From positions 1 to 30,049 of the IMG/VR virus record IMGVR_UViG_3300044591_001448: DNA of 30,049 nucleotides; one strand, 5' to 3'. Shown piece by piece: positions 8,138 through 17,219 of the stretch. The notes under the pieces are model-generated. The model did no database searches. It saw nothing but the letters and a program-made list of their open reading frames with translations, and had not been told where the DNA came from. The stretch's first letter is position 1, and the number at the start of each line of letters is the position of its first letter. This DNA is from a virus. Its lineage: Duplodnaviria; Caudoviricetes. A program made the position numbers and the translations under genes.

Positions 8138-11100
8138 GTGGCTAATAGGCGCATAACTGAATTGCCAGCGATCACGTCGACGAATATCAACGACGACGAT
8201 CTTTTATTGGTTGTTGATGTTGCCGAAGTTGATCCTGGTCTAAAAAGTAAAAAACTCACGTTTAACGAAACAAAGCAATATTTCAACAACTACTATCTTC
8301 AGTTAACAGGTGGTGGTGTTGCAGGCGACTTAACTGTTGGCGGCAATCTTTCCGTTAGCGGTTCATTTACTCCTGCTTCGATCAACGTCACGAACACTGG
8401 TACTTTTGCGTACCTTACGGTAAATAGTGGCGCGGTCTTTAATTCGTTAACCAGTGGAACAGTATTTACTGGTCAGACATTTCAGGCTGTTGATGTCAAC
8501 GCATCTACTGGCAATTTCACAAACGTAATCGGTGGAACTGCAACAATCGGAACGGGCAATTTTACAAGGTTAAGCGGAACAACAGTAACAGGTGTTTCTG
8601 GTGCGTTCACTTCTTTAACAGGACAAACGATTACAGGAGCAACCGGTTTATTTTCTAGTTTCAGTGGCACCAACATTACTGGTGTCAACGGTGTATTTAC
8701 AACTCAAGTTTCTGGTGCTGTTGTAACTGGTGATGCAGTTCAAGCCAGTAGCATTACTGGTATCAGTGGCGTTTTTACAACTCGTTTATCCGGAGCAACA
8801 ATTACAGGAGCGGCAGGTTTATTTGCAAACTTAACGGGTGTTTCCGGAGTATTTACCACAAGTGTTTCTGGTTCAACTGTCACAGGAGATACTGGTTTAT
8901 TTGCAAATTTAACCGGAGTTAGCGGAACTTTCACCACACGGGTATCGGGTTTAACGGTAACCGGTGCCACTGGTTTATTTGCAAATTTAACTGGTGGCTT
9001 AGGTACGTTTACAACACAAATCTCCGGTGCAGTTGTTACAGGTAATGTTGGTACTTTTACTAACATTACCGGAGTATCAGGTGTATTTACTAGTAGAATT
9101 TCTGGCGCAGTAGTAACAGGGGATGCGGGAACCTTTACTAGTGTCACAGGTGCTACTGGAGTTTTCACGACACGCGTGTCTGGTGCAACCATCACAGGCG
9201 TCACTGGTTTATTCCAAAAGATTGAAGCTCAAACCGGTGTTTTTACTAACACTATTTCTATTCCAACAATTGATACAACTGGCAACATTAGTGCCGCAGG
9301 GAATTTAAACATCAGTGGCAACGCAACATTTTCTTCCGGGATTGTTGTTAGTGGTCAGATTTCAGGAGGATCTGTTACAGGTATTACCGGTACTTTTGGG
9401 ATACTAACTGGAAATGAAATATACGGTTTAACCAGTATTTCCGGTAATACCATTACTGGTGCATCTGGTAACTTCACAACGGCAAGAGCTGTTACAGGCG
9501 TGTTCACCACGACTTTAAGTGGTACAACAATTACAGGAAACACCATTAACGCCACAACCGGTACTTTTGTATCAGGGATTTTTAACGTTGTTTCTGGAGC
9601 AACCGTTACTGGAAATAACGGGCAGTTTGCGAACTTAACAGGCGTTTCAGGTACCTTTACGGATCGCCTTTCTGGCGCAACCATTACTGGTAGCACAGGT
9701 GGGTTTGCACAGCTTAATGGAATTAGTGGTGCGTTTACTGGACGCGTTTCTGGAGCAACAATCACCGGAGACAATGGTCAATTTACAGCTATTACAGGGC
9801 AGACTGGTATATTTACAACCCTTTTGTCAGGGGCTGCAATCACGGGATCTATTGGTAACTTTGGATCTATTACTGGTGTATCTGGTGTATTTACATCACA
9901 GCTGTCTGGAGCAAACATAACAGGAACCGCTGGTTCGTTTACCAGGGTTACAGGCGTTAGTGGCGTATTTACATCTCAAATTTCAGGTCAAAATTTTGTA
10001 GGCGAAAACGCAACTTTCAATTACGTTACCGGTAGCACCCGAGTCGAAGGCGGAACAGTTACAGGAGTCACAGGTAATTTTGTAACTATTAACAGCGTTT
10101 CCGGAAGTTTTACCTCGCAGCTTTCTGGCGCTTCCATAACCGGTGGTACGGCTGCCTTTACAAGGATTACCGGAATTAGTGGCGTATTTACATCACAGCT
10201 TTCAGGACAAAATGTTATCGGTGATAGCGCAACCTTTAACCAAATTACAGGAACAACAAAAATAGACGGTGGCACGGTTTCGGGAGGAACCGTTACAGGA
10301 AACCTTGGTTTATTTACGAATTTAACTGGCATTTCCGGTACATTCACATCTAGGGTTTCTGGTGCATATATCACAGGAGTTACCGTTGAAGCCGTTACCG
10401 TTACTGCTGCAACAGGTAATTTTACGACCGTAAACTTTACTCAAACAACTACCGGAAATATTCAGGTTAGTGGCAGCGGTATTTTTGGCAGTGGAGTTTT
10501 TACAGCAGGTATTATTTCCGGTAATACGTACTACGCTAGCGGTGGTGTTTTAATTGTCAGTGGATCTGGTGATATTCGTCCTTATGGTTTATTTTCTTTT
10601 CCACCAACAACAGGAACCTCTGGCTTTATATTAAGCACAAATTCTGATGGAACTACTTCATGGATTTCTGGTGTTTCCGGTTTAATTGGCCAAACAGATT
10701 CCGGAAGCCCGTTTGAAACAAGCCTTGGTTTTGAAGCAGGTTTAAACAATACCGGAAGTGATAATACTTTTATTGGTTATCGAGCAGGTAAAGAAAATAC
10801 AACAGGTATTTCTAATACTGCAGTTGGTCGATTTGCTTTAGGCAGTAATACAACAGGCTCTGAAAATACTGCAGTTGGTCGAGCTGCTTTAGGCAATACT
10901 ACAACAGGCGTCAATAATACTGCAGTTGGCCGAGGCGCTTTAGCCACTAATGTAATAGGCTCTGGTAATACTGCAGTTGGTCGAGCTGCTTTAACTTTTA
11001 GTGTAACAGGGAATAATAACACTGCAGTTGGTGAAAATGCTTTAGATAGCGCATCAAACGTTAGCAATAATACTGCGATTGGTCAAAATGCTTTAGAGTC

Positions 11101-12679
11101 TACTACAATAGGCGCTAATAATACCGCAGTTGGTCAAAATGCTTTAGATTCTAATACAACAGCATCTGGTAATACTGCAGTTGGTCAAAATGCTTTAGTT
11201 GCTAATACAACAGGCATTCAGAATACAGCAGTTGGTCAAAATGCTTTAGGTGCTAATACAGTAGCATCTGGTAATACTGCTGTTGGTAATAGTGCTTTAG
11301 CTGCCAATGCAACAGGTACCAGTAATGTTGCCATAGGCGTAAACGCCCTTACTGCTCATACAACAAGTAATACTGTTGCCGTAGGCGTCAGTGGTCTTGC
11401 ATCGAATACCACGGGCGTAGGCAATACTGCAGTAGGTTACGTTGCGCTTTTTGCCAACACAACAGGCATAGGTAATACTGCATTAGGTTTCAGTGCGCTT
11501 CAAAACAGTACAGCAGGAACTGCCAATACTGCTCTTGGATCTAATGCACTTCGTCAAGCAACAACAGGAAACAATAACACTGCAGTTGGCTCCAGTGGTC
11601 TTACTTTAAATACAACAGGATCAAACAATGTTGCCGTAGGTGCTAGTGGTCTTGCTTCTAATACAGCGGGTCTCAATAATACTGCCATTGGTACTAATGC
11701 GCTTGCTGCTAATACAACAGCTAGCGGGAATGTTGCTATTGGTTTTAACGCTCTTGATGTAAATACAGTAGGCTCAATTAATGTTGCTATAGGTGTTAAT
11801 GCACTTGGAAGCTCTACAACAGGATCTGGTAATACTGCAGTTGGTGCCAGTGCATTGCTTTCCAATACAACAGGTGTCAATAATATTGCCATCGGCGTCA
11901 GTGGACTTGCTTCTAACACAATAGGAACGGGCAATATTGCAGTCGGCTCAAGCGCTTTAGCTGTTAATACAACAGGCGTTCACAATACTGCTGTAGGTCA
12001 GCAAGCTTTATTTACTAATACAACAGGTGTTAATAATGTTGCAGTTGGTCGGGATGCTTTAAATGCTAATATAACAGGCGCTTCTAATGTTGCAGTTGGT
12101 TCTAGTGCGCTTCAAAACAATACGGCAGGTAATCAAAACGTCGCAGTTGGTCGACAAACGTTATTATCAAACACCACTGCAACAGGAAATACCGCGCTTG
12201 GACATTCTGCTGGTTCGGGTCTTACTACAGGCGTTAATAACACCTGTATTGGTAACGAAGCCCAGGCTTCTGCGGCAACTGTTACTGGTGAGTTTACACT
12301 TGGTAATGCTGACGTTGTCAACCTTCGTTGTGCTGATACGACAATTTCAACACTGTCGGACCAGCGGGATAAAACCAACATTAAGGATCTTCCTTATGGT
12401 GTAACCTTCATTAACGCCCTACGTCCAGTGCAGTTTGACTGGGCAACACGCGATGGTTCTCGCAAAGGAAGAAAAGATTTTGGTTTTATTGCCCAGGAAT
12501 TAGATGCAGTTGAAACTTCTTTTGGTACAGCCGAATACACACGTTTGGTACATAAGAACAATCCTGATTGCTGGGAAGCTGATCCAATGAAGACGTATCC
12601 AATCTTGATTAAAGCAACGCAGGAACTTGCTAAGCGTTTGAAAGAATTGGAAAATAAAGTATCGGGATTAACGCCGTAA
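8138..12679 (+). CDS. Long tail fibre / receptor-binding protein with C-terminal peptidase S74 intramolecular chaperone
   Basis: N-terminal ANRRITELP anchor, 26-aa G/T/S repeats, 17-aa NTAVG..AL repeats (YadA-head-like), then SDQRDK at 12356, GFIAQE and a terminal coiled coil, typical of S74. Confidence 0.9.
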   Translation: MANRRITELPAITSTNINDDDLLLVVDVAEVDPGLKSKKLTFNETKQYFNNYYLQLTGGGVAGDLTVGGNLSVSGSFTPASINVTNTGTFAYLTVNSGAVFNSLTSGTVFTGQTFQAVDVNASTGNFTNVIGGTATIGTGNFTRLSGTTVTGVSGAFTSLTGQTITGATGLFSSFSGTNITGVNGVFTTQVSGAVVTGDAVQASSITGISGVFTTRLSGATITGAAGLFANLTGVSGVFTTSVSGSTVTGDTGLFANLTGVSGTFTTRVSGLTVTGATGLFANLTGGLGTFTTQISGAVVTGNVGTFTNITGVSGVFTSRISGAVVTGDAGTFTSVTGATGVFTTRVSGATITGVTGLFQKIEAQTGVFTNTISIPTIDTTGNISAAGNLNISGNATFSSGIVVSGQISGGSVTGITGTFGILTGNEIYGLTSISGNTITGASGNFTTARAVTGVFTTTLSGTTITGNTINATTGTFVSGIFNVVSGATVTGNNGQFANLTGVSGTFTDRLSGATITGSTGGFAQLNGISGAFTGRVSGATITGDNGQFTAITGQTGIFTTLLSGAAITGSIGNFGSITGVSGVFTSQLSGANITGTAGSFTRVTGVSGVFTSQISGQNFVGENATFNYVTGSTRVEGGTVTGVTGNFVTINSVSGSFTSQLSGASITGGTAAFTRITGISGVFTSQLSGQNVIGDSATFNQITGTTKIDGGTVSGGTVTGNLGLFTNLTGISGTFTSRVSGAYITGVTVEAVTVTAATGNFTTVNFTQTTTGNIQVSGSGIFGSGVFTAGIISGNTYYASGGVLIVSGSGDIRPYGLFSFPPTTGTSGFILSTNSDGTTSWISGVSGLIGQTDSGSPFETSLGFEAGLNNTGSDNTFIGYRAGKENTTGISNTAVGRFALGSNTTGSENTAVGRAALGNTTTGVNNTAVGRGALATNVIGSGNTAVGRAALTFSVTGNNNTAVGENALDSASNVSNNTAIGQNALESTTIGANNTAVGQNALDSNTTASGNTAVGQNALVANTTGIQNTAVGQNALGANTVASGNTAVGNSALAANATGTSNVAIGVNALTAHTTSNTVAVGVSGLASNTTGVGNTAVGYVALFANTTGIGNTALGFSALQNSTAGTANTALGSNALRQATTGNNNTAVGSSGLTLNTTGSNNVAVGASGLASNTAGLNNTAIGTNALAANTTASGNVAIGFNALDVNTVGSINVAIGVNALGSSTTGSGNTAVGASALLSNTTGVNNIAIGVSGLASNTIGTGNIAVGSSALAVNTTGVHNTAVGQQALFTNTTGVNNVAVGRDALNANITGASNVAVGSSALQNNTAGNQNVAVGRQTLLSNTTATGNTALGHSAGSGLTTGVNNTCIGNEAQASAATVTGEFTLGNADVVNLRCADTTISTLSDQRDKTNIKDLPYGVTFINALRPVQFDWATRDGSRKGRKDFGFIAQELDAVETSFGTAEYTRLVHKNNPDCWEADPMKTYPILIKATQELAKRLKELENKVSGLTP
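8570..10380 (+). repeat. ~78-nt (26-aa) coding repeats in the fibre shaft
   Basis: Consecutive units such as SGATITGAAGLFANLTGVSGVFTTSV, SGSTVTGDTGLFANLTGVSGTFTTRV and SGLTVTGATGLFANLTGGLGTFTTQI. Boundaries approximate. Confidence 0.85.
10790..12260 (+). repeat. 51-nt (17-aa) coding tandem repeats in the fibre head
   Basis: Unit NTTGxxNTAVGxxALxx. The DNA core AATACTGCAGTTGGT or close variants recurs every 51 nt from about 10814 to 11290. Boundaries approximate. Confidence 0.85.
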
Positions 12680-12724
12680 TGCGTTGAAACTGACGTATAA
12701 TAAAACCATTGACTCTTGCCAACA

Positions 12725-13033
12725 ATGGTTGTACATACCCAGGGCGCTACTAAAGCTCTCTCTAAGGCTATCCCCACCGTTAAAACCAACGGTAAAGTCC
12801 GTAAGTGGGATCTGACTGTCGTCTACTCCTACGGTGGTTTCAACCGTGATTTCGGCACCGAAGTGGACGTGGAATACCTTGACAAAGAGCCCGCCGATTT
12901 CACCAAAGCTGAACTCCTCGGTTTCTGCAACACCGTGCACTGGGACATGGTGTTCGACAGTATGTACGGCAGCCTCACCACCCCTGCCACAGAAAGCAAG
13001 GTTGACGACTTTGATATCACCTCCCTGACCTGA
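12725..13033 (+). CDS. Hypothetical protein, probably tail-fibre associated
   Basis: ORF directly after the fibre gene, ATG 12725, with TATAAT at 12696-12701 and C-ending codon bias. Confidence 0.7.
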   Translation: MVVHTQGATKALSKAIPTVKTNGKVRKWDLTVVYSYGGFNRDFGTEVDVEYLDKEPADFTKAELLGFCNTVHWDMVFDSMYGSLTTPATESKVDDFDITSLT

Positions 13034-13040
13034 TTCCTTC

Positions 13041-13646
13041 ATGGATCGGTTTCGGCAACGTCTCCGGCATCTAGAGCACCCCGTTACGAGTGTCCTAGAT
13101 GTCGGGGCTTATCGTGGCGAATTTGCACGGTTAGCTCGCCAGTTATTTCCTGCTGCACGAATTAAATGCATTGAGGGTGACGAAAGGCAAGCGTCACTCC
13201 TCCAGGCATTTGACACAGACTTTTATCTGCTTGGCAAAGAAACCAAGCAGGTGGATTTCTACACCCTTCCAGAGGAGAGCTGAACAACAGGCAGTTCCAT
13301 TTATCGCGAGAACACGGTCTACTACACCAATCCCGTGGTGCTCAAAAAATGGATGTACGCACTGGATGATCTAGAGTTCCCACCGTTTGATATGATCAAA
13401 CTTGATGTTCAAGGCGCAGAGCTTGACATCTTGAAAGGCGGCAAACAATATTTTAAACAAACACAGCCACGGTATTTGCTCCTGGAAACATCAGTCCAGC
13501 AGTACAACCACGGTGCTCCCTTGGCAGGACGTGTTATCGGATATCTGGATAAAAATGGATACTGCTTGCGAGACATCATTGATGTCCTCTATGATCAGAA
13601 CAATCAGTTGCTCCAGGTTGATTTCCTGTTTGAACGTAATGCCTGA
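13041..13646 (+). pseudogene. FkbM-family SAM-dependent methyltransferase interrupted by one in-frame TGA (13281-13283)
   Basis: ORFs 13041..13283 and 13335..13646 are in the same frame. Motif I VLDVGAYRG is in the first and KLDVQGAELDIL in the second. The linker reads LPEES*TTGSSIYRENT. Confidence 0.8.
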
Positions 13647-14562
13647 TCAACCGAAAGGTGGCACAGAAATCCTTGTTGAAACACTAAAAGAGAATCTGGA
13701 TTTCTCCGGAATCAACTTGATTGTTTCTGTGTGCAGACCCGAGCTGATCGTTCCAGGTAAGAAGAATATCCTCCTGCAGGAACTGAGTTACGATCAAGAA
13801 AACGTACAGGGGATGAGAAGCCCTAGCTTCGTTGATAAAATTGACTGTTTTATTTACGACTCTCATTGGTGCTACGAAAAATTCAGAGAAAAATTCAACG
13901 CACCAGCCTGGAAATCAGTCGTCATCAAGAATGCCACGATAGAATTTGAACCAAAGCCAAAGCCCAAGGGCAAGCTCAAGTTGATCTATACATCAACACC
14001 CTGGCGCGGACTACATGTTTTGTTGCATGCATTTCAACTCCTCAATCGAGATGACATTGAACTAGACGTTTACTCTTCTATCATCATCTACGGCACATCT
14101 TTTGCTAAGTCTTTGGAAGGAAAATTTGATCAGCTGTTTGCAGAGCTAGAACGCACTCCTGGCATCAACGTCAAAGGGTATGCGCCAAACGAAGAGATAC
14201 GTACCGCTCTTCAAGACGCTCATATCTTTGCTTACCCCAGTGTTTTTGAAGAAACCTCTTGCATCTCCGCAATCGAAGCCATGTGTGCTGGTTGCCAGGC
14301 AGTCGTCACCAACTATGGAGCACTGTTTGAAACCTGTGGTGAATACGCTGATTTCATTGGTTATGACAGCAACCATGAACGATTAGCTCAAAATTACGCT
14401 ATTCTTTTGAACAGGGTTATTGACAATTACTGGTCACCAGAAAACCAGCAAAACCTGGCTGACCAGACTGAGTTTTACAACAAGCATTGGACATGGCAAA
14501 AAAGATTTTCCCAGTGGCAAAGGCTTCTAAGCAACCTCAGAAGCAACCAAAGCGTGTATTGA
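13639..14562 (+). CDS. Glycosyltransferase, GT-B fold (GT4-like)
   Basis: Motifs PKGGTE, LIYTSTPWRGL and YPSVFEETSCISAIEAM (E-x7-E). ATG 13639 overlaps the FkbM end. Confidence 0.9.
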   Translation: MPDQPKGGTEILVETLKENLDFSGINLIVSVCRPELIVPGKKNILLQELSYDQENVQGMRSPSFVDKIDCFIYDSHWCYEKFREKFNAPAWKSVVIKNATIEFEPKPKPKGKLKLIYTSTPWRGLHVLLHAFQLLNRDDIELDVYSSIIIYGTSFAKSLEGKFDQLFAELERTPGINVKGYAPNEEIRTALQDAHIFAYPSVFEETSCISAIEAMCAGCQAVVTNYGALFETCGEYADFIGYDSNHERLAQNYAILLNRVIDNYWSPENQQNLADQTEFYNKHWTWQKRFSQWQRLLSNLRSNQSVY

Positions 14563-15206
14563 TTGGCACCCCTGCACTCGACGGACGTGTCGATGCCTGG
14601 TACAGTTTTGCCATCCATGAGATCACCAAGCTTTGCCAGATGAGGGGCATTGATATCCAAATGCTTCTCTTGTCTTATGAAAGCATCCTCCCCATGGCAC
14701 GCAACGAGCTGTTAACCGCTGCCATTAAAAATGATTTTGACAGCCTCATTTTTATTGATTCGGACGTTTTTTGTAACGCCCAATCGTTCCTAGATGTCAT
14801 AACTGATGCACGAGATGTAGTAGCTATCCCCACGGTAAAGAAGTCTGATACTGAAAGTTACGATATCTTTTTTGCGGATACACCCAAGCAAGAAGGGAAC
14901 TGGGTTAAGGCAGATCGGGTAAGTACCAGCTGTTTAAAGCTAGGTCGGAAAGCCTTGAAAGCATTGGCTGACAACAGCACACTCACTCAATTCCGTGGTA
15001 AACAACTGTTTAATATTTGTCAGTACGATTTTATTGGTGAGGAGTTTATGGGTGAAGACATTTATCTCTGCGAAAAACTAAAACAACTGGGCTTTGATAT
15101 TTGGGTTAACACCACATCGACCTGTATGCATATTGGTCCTAAAGTATATTCAGGAGATTTTAAACGGATATTAGACAATGTCAATCAAACTAACGGACGC
15201 GGCTAA
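14493..15206 (+). CDS. Glycosyltransferase, GT-A fold (GT2-like)
   Basis: VLIGTP, LPMARN, FIDSD (DxD), GEDIYLC, HIG. Confidence 0.85.
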   Translation: MAKKIFPVAKASKQPQKQPKRVLIGTPALDGRVDAWYSFAIHEITKLCQMRGIDIQMLLLSYESILPMARNELLTAAIKNDFDSLIFIDSDVFCNAQSFLDVITDARDVVAIPTVKKSDTESYDIFFADTPKQEGNWVKADRVSTSCLKLGRKALKALADNSTLTQFRGKQLFNICQYDFIGEEFMGEDIYLCEKLKQLGFDIWVNTTSTCMHIGPKVYSGDFKRILDNVNQTNGRG

Positions 15207-16284
15207 GTATTACGAAGAATTACCTCATCAGATTGAAGCATGGAATTGGTTGCAGTCCCAGCTTTCTTCTGATGTCCTGGATGAATTTGCCAAGAAATAT
15301 CGTAAGACCAAGCCACAAGTAGACAACAATAATTGGGATGGTGTATACGCAGCCGCTAAAGAAGCTGGAGCCGTATTTCCTGAATGCGTTTGTGCACAGT
15401 GGGCCTTAGAGTCAGGTTGGGGAAAACATATGTCAGGTAAAAACAATGTTTTAGGTTTAAAGGGGGGAGGCTCTACTGTTAGCACACAAGAATTTATTAA
15501 CGGCAAATGGATAACAATCAAGGATGGGTTTCTTGACTTTCCTGATATTGAAACGTGCATTACGTATTTGGTAGATCGTTGGTACAAGGACTATAAAAAT
15601 TTCAAGGGAGTAAATCGTGCTAAGAATAGAAATGAATGTGCGGAGTTATTGGTAAAAGAGGGTTATGCAACTGACCCAGCGTACAGTACTAAATTAATCC
15701 AGATCTTAGATCAAAAACTTCAACGTCCTGGAGGAGAGCAAAAGGATGTTGTCAATGAAAAGATTTTAAACGTACCATATGAATACCAGCTCGACAACCA
15801 ATCTCAGCGGGGTTATCGCGAGTGTTTCTCAAGTACTTGTGCCATGATCGCTGAGTACTATGGAAAGGTGAAGAATGACGATGAATACAATAAAATTCGC
15901 GCACGTTATGGCGATACCACCGACAAAGATGTTCAAATTGCAGCCTTGAGATCCCTGGGTCTTCAGGCACGTTTTATAACTAACGGTAATTATGCGTTAT
16001 TAGAAAATGAAATTCGCAATGGTCGCCCCGTAGCTGTTGGGTGGCTGCACCAAGGGACCTCAAAGAATCCGTCTGGATTTGGTCACTGGACCTGCTGCAT
16101 TGGATTTACGCCAGATGCGTTTGTCCATAATGACCCCAACGGAGAAGCCGATATGGTCAACGGTGGTTATGTAATCCACAGCAAGTCATCAGGAAAAGCT
16201 GTGCGTTATAGCCGCAAGAATTGGCTTCCTCGCTGGGAATGTGAAGGAAAAAATACAGGCTGGGCAATTTTGGTATCTAAATGA
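15178..16284 (+). CDS. Modular endolysin/peptidoglycan hydrolase: GH73 glucosaminidase plus C39-like peptidase
   Basis: GH73 motifs AQWALESGWG, NNVLGLKG and GYATDPAY. C39-like motifs LNVPYEYQ..RECFSSTCAM, GHW and HNDP. Confidence 0.85.
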   Translation: MSIKLTDAAKYYEELPHQIEAWNWLQSQLSSDVLDEFAKKYRKTKPQVDNNNWDGVYAAAKEAGAVFPECVCAQWALESGWGKHMSGKNNVLGLKGGGSTVSTQEFINGKWITIKDGFLDFPDIETCITYLVDRWYKDYKNFKGVNRAKNRNECAELLVKEGYATDPAYSTKLIQILDQKLQRPGGEQKDVVNEKILNVPYEYQLDNQSQRGYRECFSSTCAMIAEYYGKVKNDDEYNKIRARYGDTTDKDVQIAALRSLGLQARFITNGNYALLENEIRNGRPVAVGWLHQGTSKNPSGFGHWTCCIGFTPDAFVHNDPNGEADMVNGGYVIHSKSSGKAVRYSRKNWLPRWECEGKNTGWAILVSK

Positions 16285-16442
16285 AACGCAATAAGGAGCC
16301 CAAGATCCGGGTGAATATGTGCTGGGAATTAGACAAAGAAAGAAAATGCGCCACCCTAGAAAGGAATGACGCATACAAAACACGAGAATGGGTTGAAGCT
16401 AATAATGGAATCGTGTTTTGGTTCCAGGCGTTGCCAAACTAA
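16281..16442 (+). CDS. Small hypothetical protein (53 aa)
   Basis: Read by hand: MKRNKEPKIRVNMCWELDKERKCATLERNDAYKTREWVEANNGIVFWFQALPN. ATGA overlap with the endolysin stop. Confidence 0.6.
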   Translation: MKRNKEPKIRVNMCWELDKERKCATLERNDAYKTREWVEANNGIVFWFQALPN

Positions 16443-16607
16443 TCAACGTTGCTTGGCACGACCAATCACAAGACCACCGATCTCAATGATCTTGTAGAGT
16501 TTACGCACAAGTTTGTCGTCCTTTGGGGTAGGTGTTAAGGCACAGATTGCAGAACAAGCTGCGTGGATTGCAAGGGCAACCTCTAAATACTCATTAAGTT
16601 TGCTCAT
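16443..16607 (-). CDS. Small membrane protein, holin-like (54 aa)
   Basis: Read by hand: MSKLNEYLEVALAIHAACSAICALTPTPKDDKLVRKLYKIIEIGGLVIGRAKQR. Hydrophobic helix plus TPTPKDD motif, close to the endolysin. Confidence 0.65.
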   Translation of the reverse strand: MSKLNEYLEVALAIHAACSAICALTPTPKDDKLVRKLYKIIEIGGLVIGRAKQR

Positions 16608-16625
16608 GGGTTTATCCCGTTTTCT

Positions 16626-17063
16626 TCATTCTAAAGGTTTTGATCTATAGAAAAAGAAACTTTTACTTTCTTCATAAATATTCCATTTCATGTTTTCATG
16701 CCTCATAAACCAACGTTTCCAAACTCGAAACTGTTTATCTGCTTTTGCTGACTGACAAAAGAAAGTAATAGAGTCACCGTAAGGGATTTGCGTTTCCCAT
16801 TCACGAAGAGTACGCACCGCTAAAGCCTGGAACAGGTTGCCTTCTTTACCTGTCAAATTTATATCCAGGCGGCGGGACCTTTTGTTGTTTCTTCGATTCA
16901 ACCAATCGCTCGCTTGTCTGTTTGACCGTGCCACGACCATGCTGGCTAGCCACACACAACCATTCGTGGTCCAAATCCAGGGGATAAGTCGTACCCTGAG
17001 GAATATCCCAGTCGGTAAAGAAATCTTCCCAGTCTTCTTCCGTCGCCTCACTCGGTGGGACAT
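16626..17063 (-). CDS. Hypothetical protein
   Basis: 145-aa basic ORF filling the gap in the leftward operon. Confidence 0.6.
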   Translation of the reverse strand: MSHRVRRRKKTGKISLPTGIFLRVRLIPWIWTTNGCVWLASMVVARSNRQASDWLNRRNNKRSRRLDINLTGKEGNLFQALAVRTLREWETQIPYGDSITFFCQSAKADKQFRVWKRWFMRHENMKWNIYEESKSFFFYRSKPLE

Positions 17064-17084
17064 GTTTAATTTGTTCTTCAGACA

Positions 17085-17219
17085 TTAGAGATCATAAATG
17101 CGACATTCAGGAGCAGATGGGTTTTCCTGGCAATACTTTTGAAAATTAGTCATCTTTACCTTGGGTTTTTTGTTGTATTTAAAAAGATTGCGTTTTAACC
17201 AGAGATAGAGAGAGGTCAT
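17085..17219 (-). CDS. cp12: Mini CP12-like peptide (C-terminal CP12 motif only, 44 aa)
   Basis: MTSLYLWLKRNLFKYNKKPKVKMTNFQKYCQENPSAPECRIYDL. The end matches the CP12 C-terminus F..YC..NP.A.ECRIYD. ATGA overlap with the upstream stop at 17216-17218. Confidence 0.7.
   Translation of the reverse strand: MTSLYLWLKRNLFKYNKKPKVKMTNFQKYCQENPSAPECRIYDL

Noticed and set aside
10790-12260. Regular 51-nt repeats as a possible CRISPR array
   Set aside because: The period is a multiple of 3, the repeats are degenerate and lie inside an open fibre ORF, and there are no unique spacers or cas operon.
8482-12404. Several antisense and alternative-frame ORFs within the tail fibre
   Set aside because: These are shadow ORFs produced by repetitive Gly/Thr/Val codons, with no independent motifs.
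8138-12679. Diversity-generating retroelement or invertible tail-fibre cassette
   Set aside because: No reverse transcriptase, invertase or template/variable repeat pair was seen.
13281-13283. Genome-wide TGA reassignment (genetic code 4 or 25)
   Set aside because: Many genes end at TGA with coupled ATGA overlaps (e.g. 16281-16284, 17216-17219, 25187-25190), and no other gene appears split.
16846-17085. Alternative 79-aa ORF overlapping 16626..17063
   Set aside because: It competes with a longer ORF that fills the gap to the next gene and has no motif. Its ATG does abut the mini-CP12 stop, so it is not strictly excluded.
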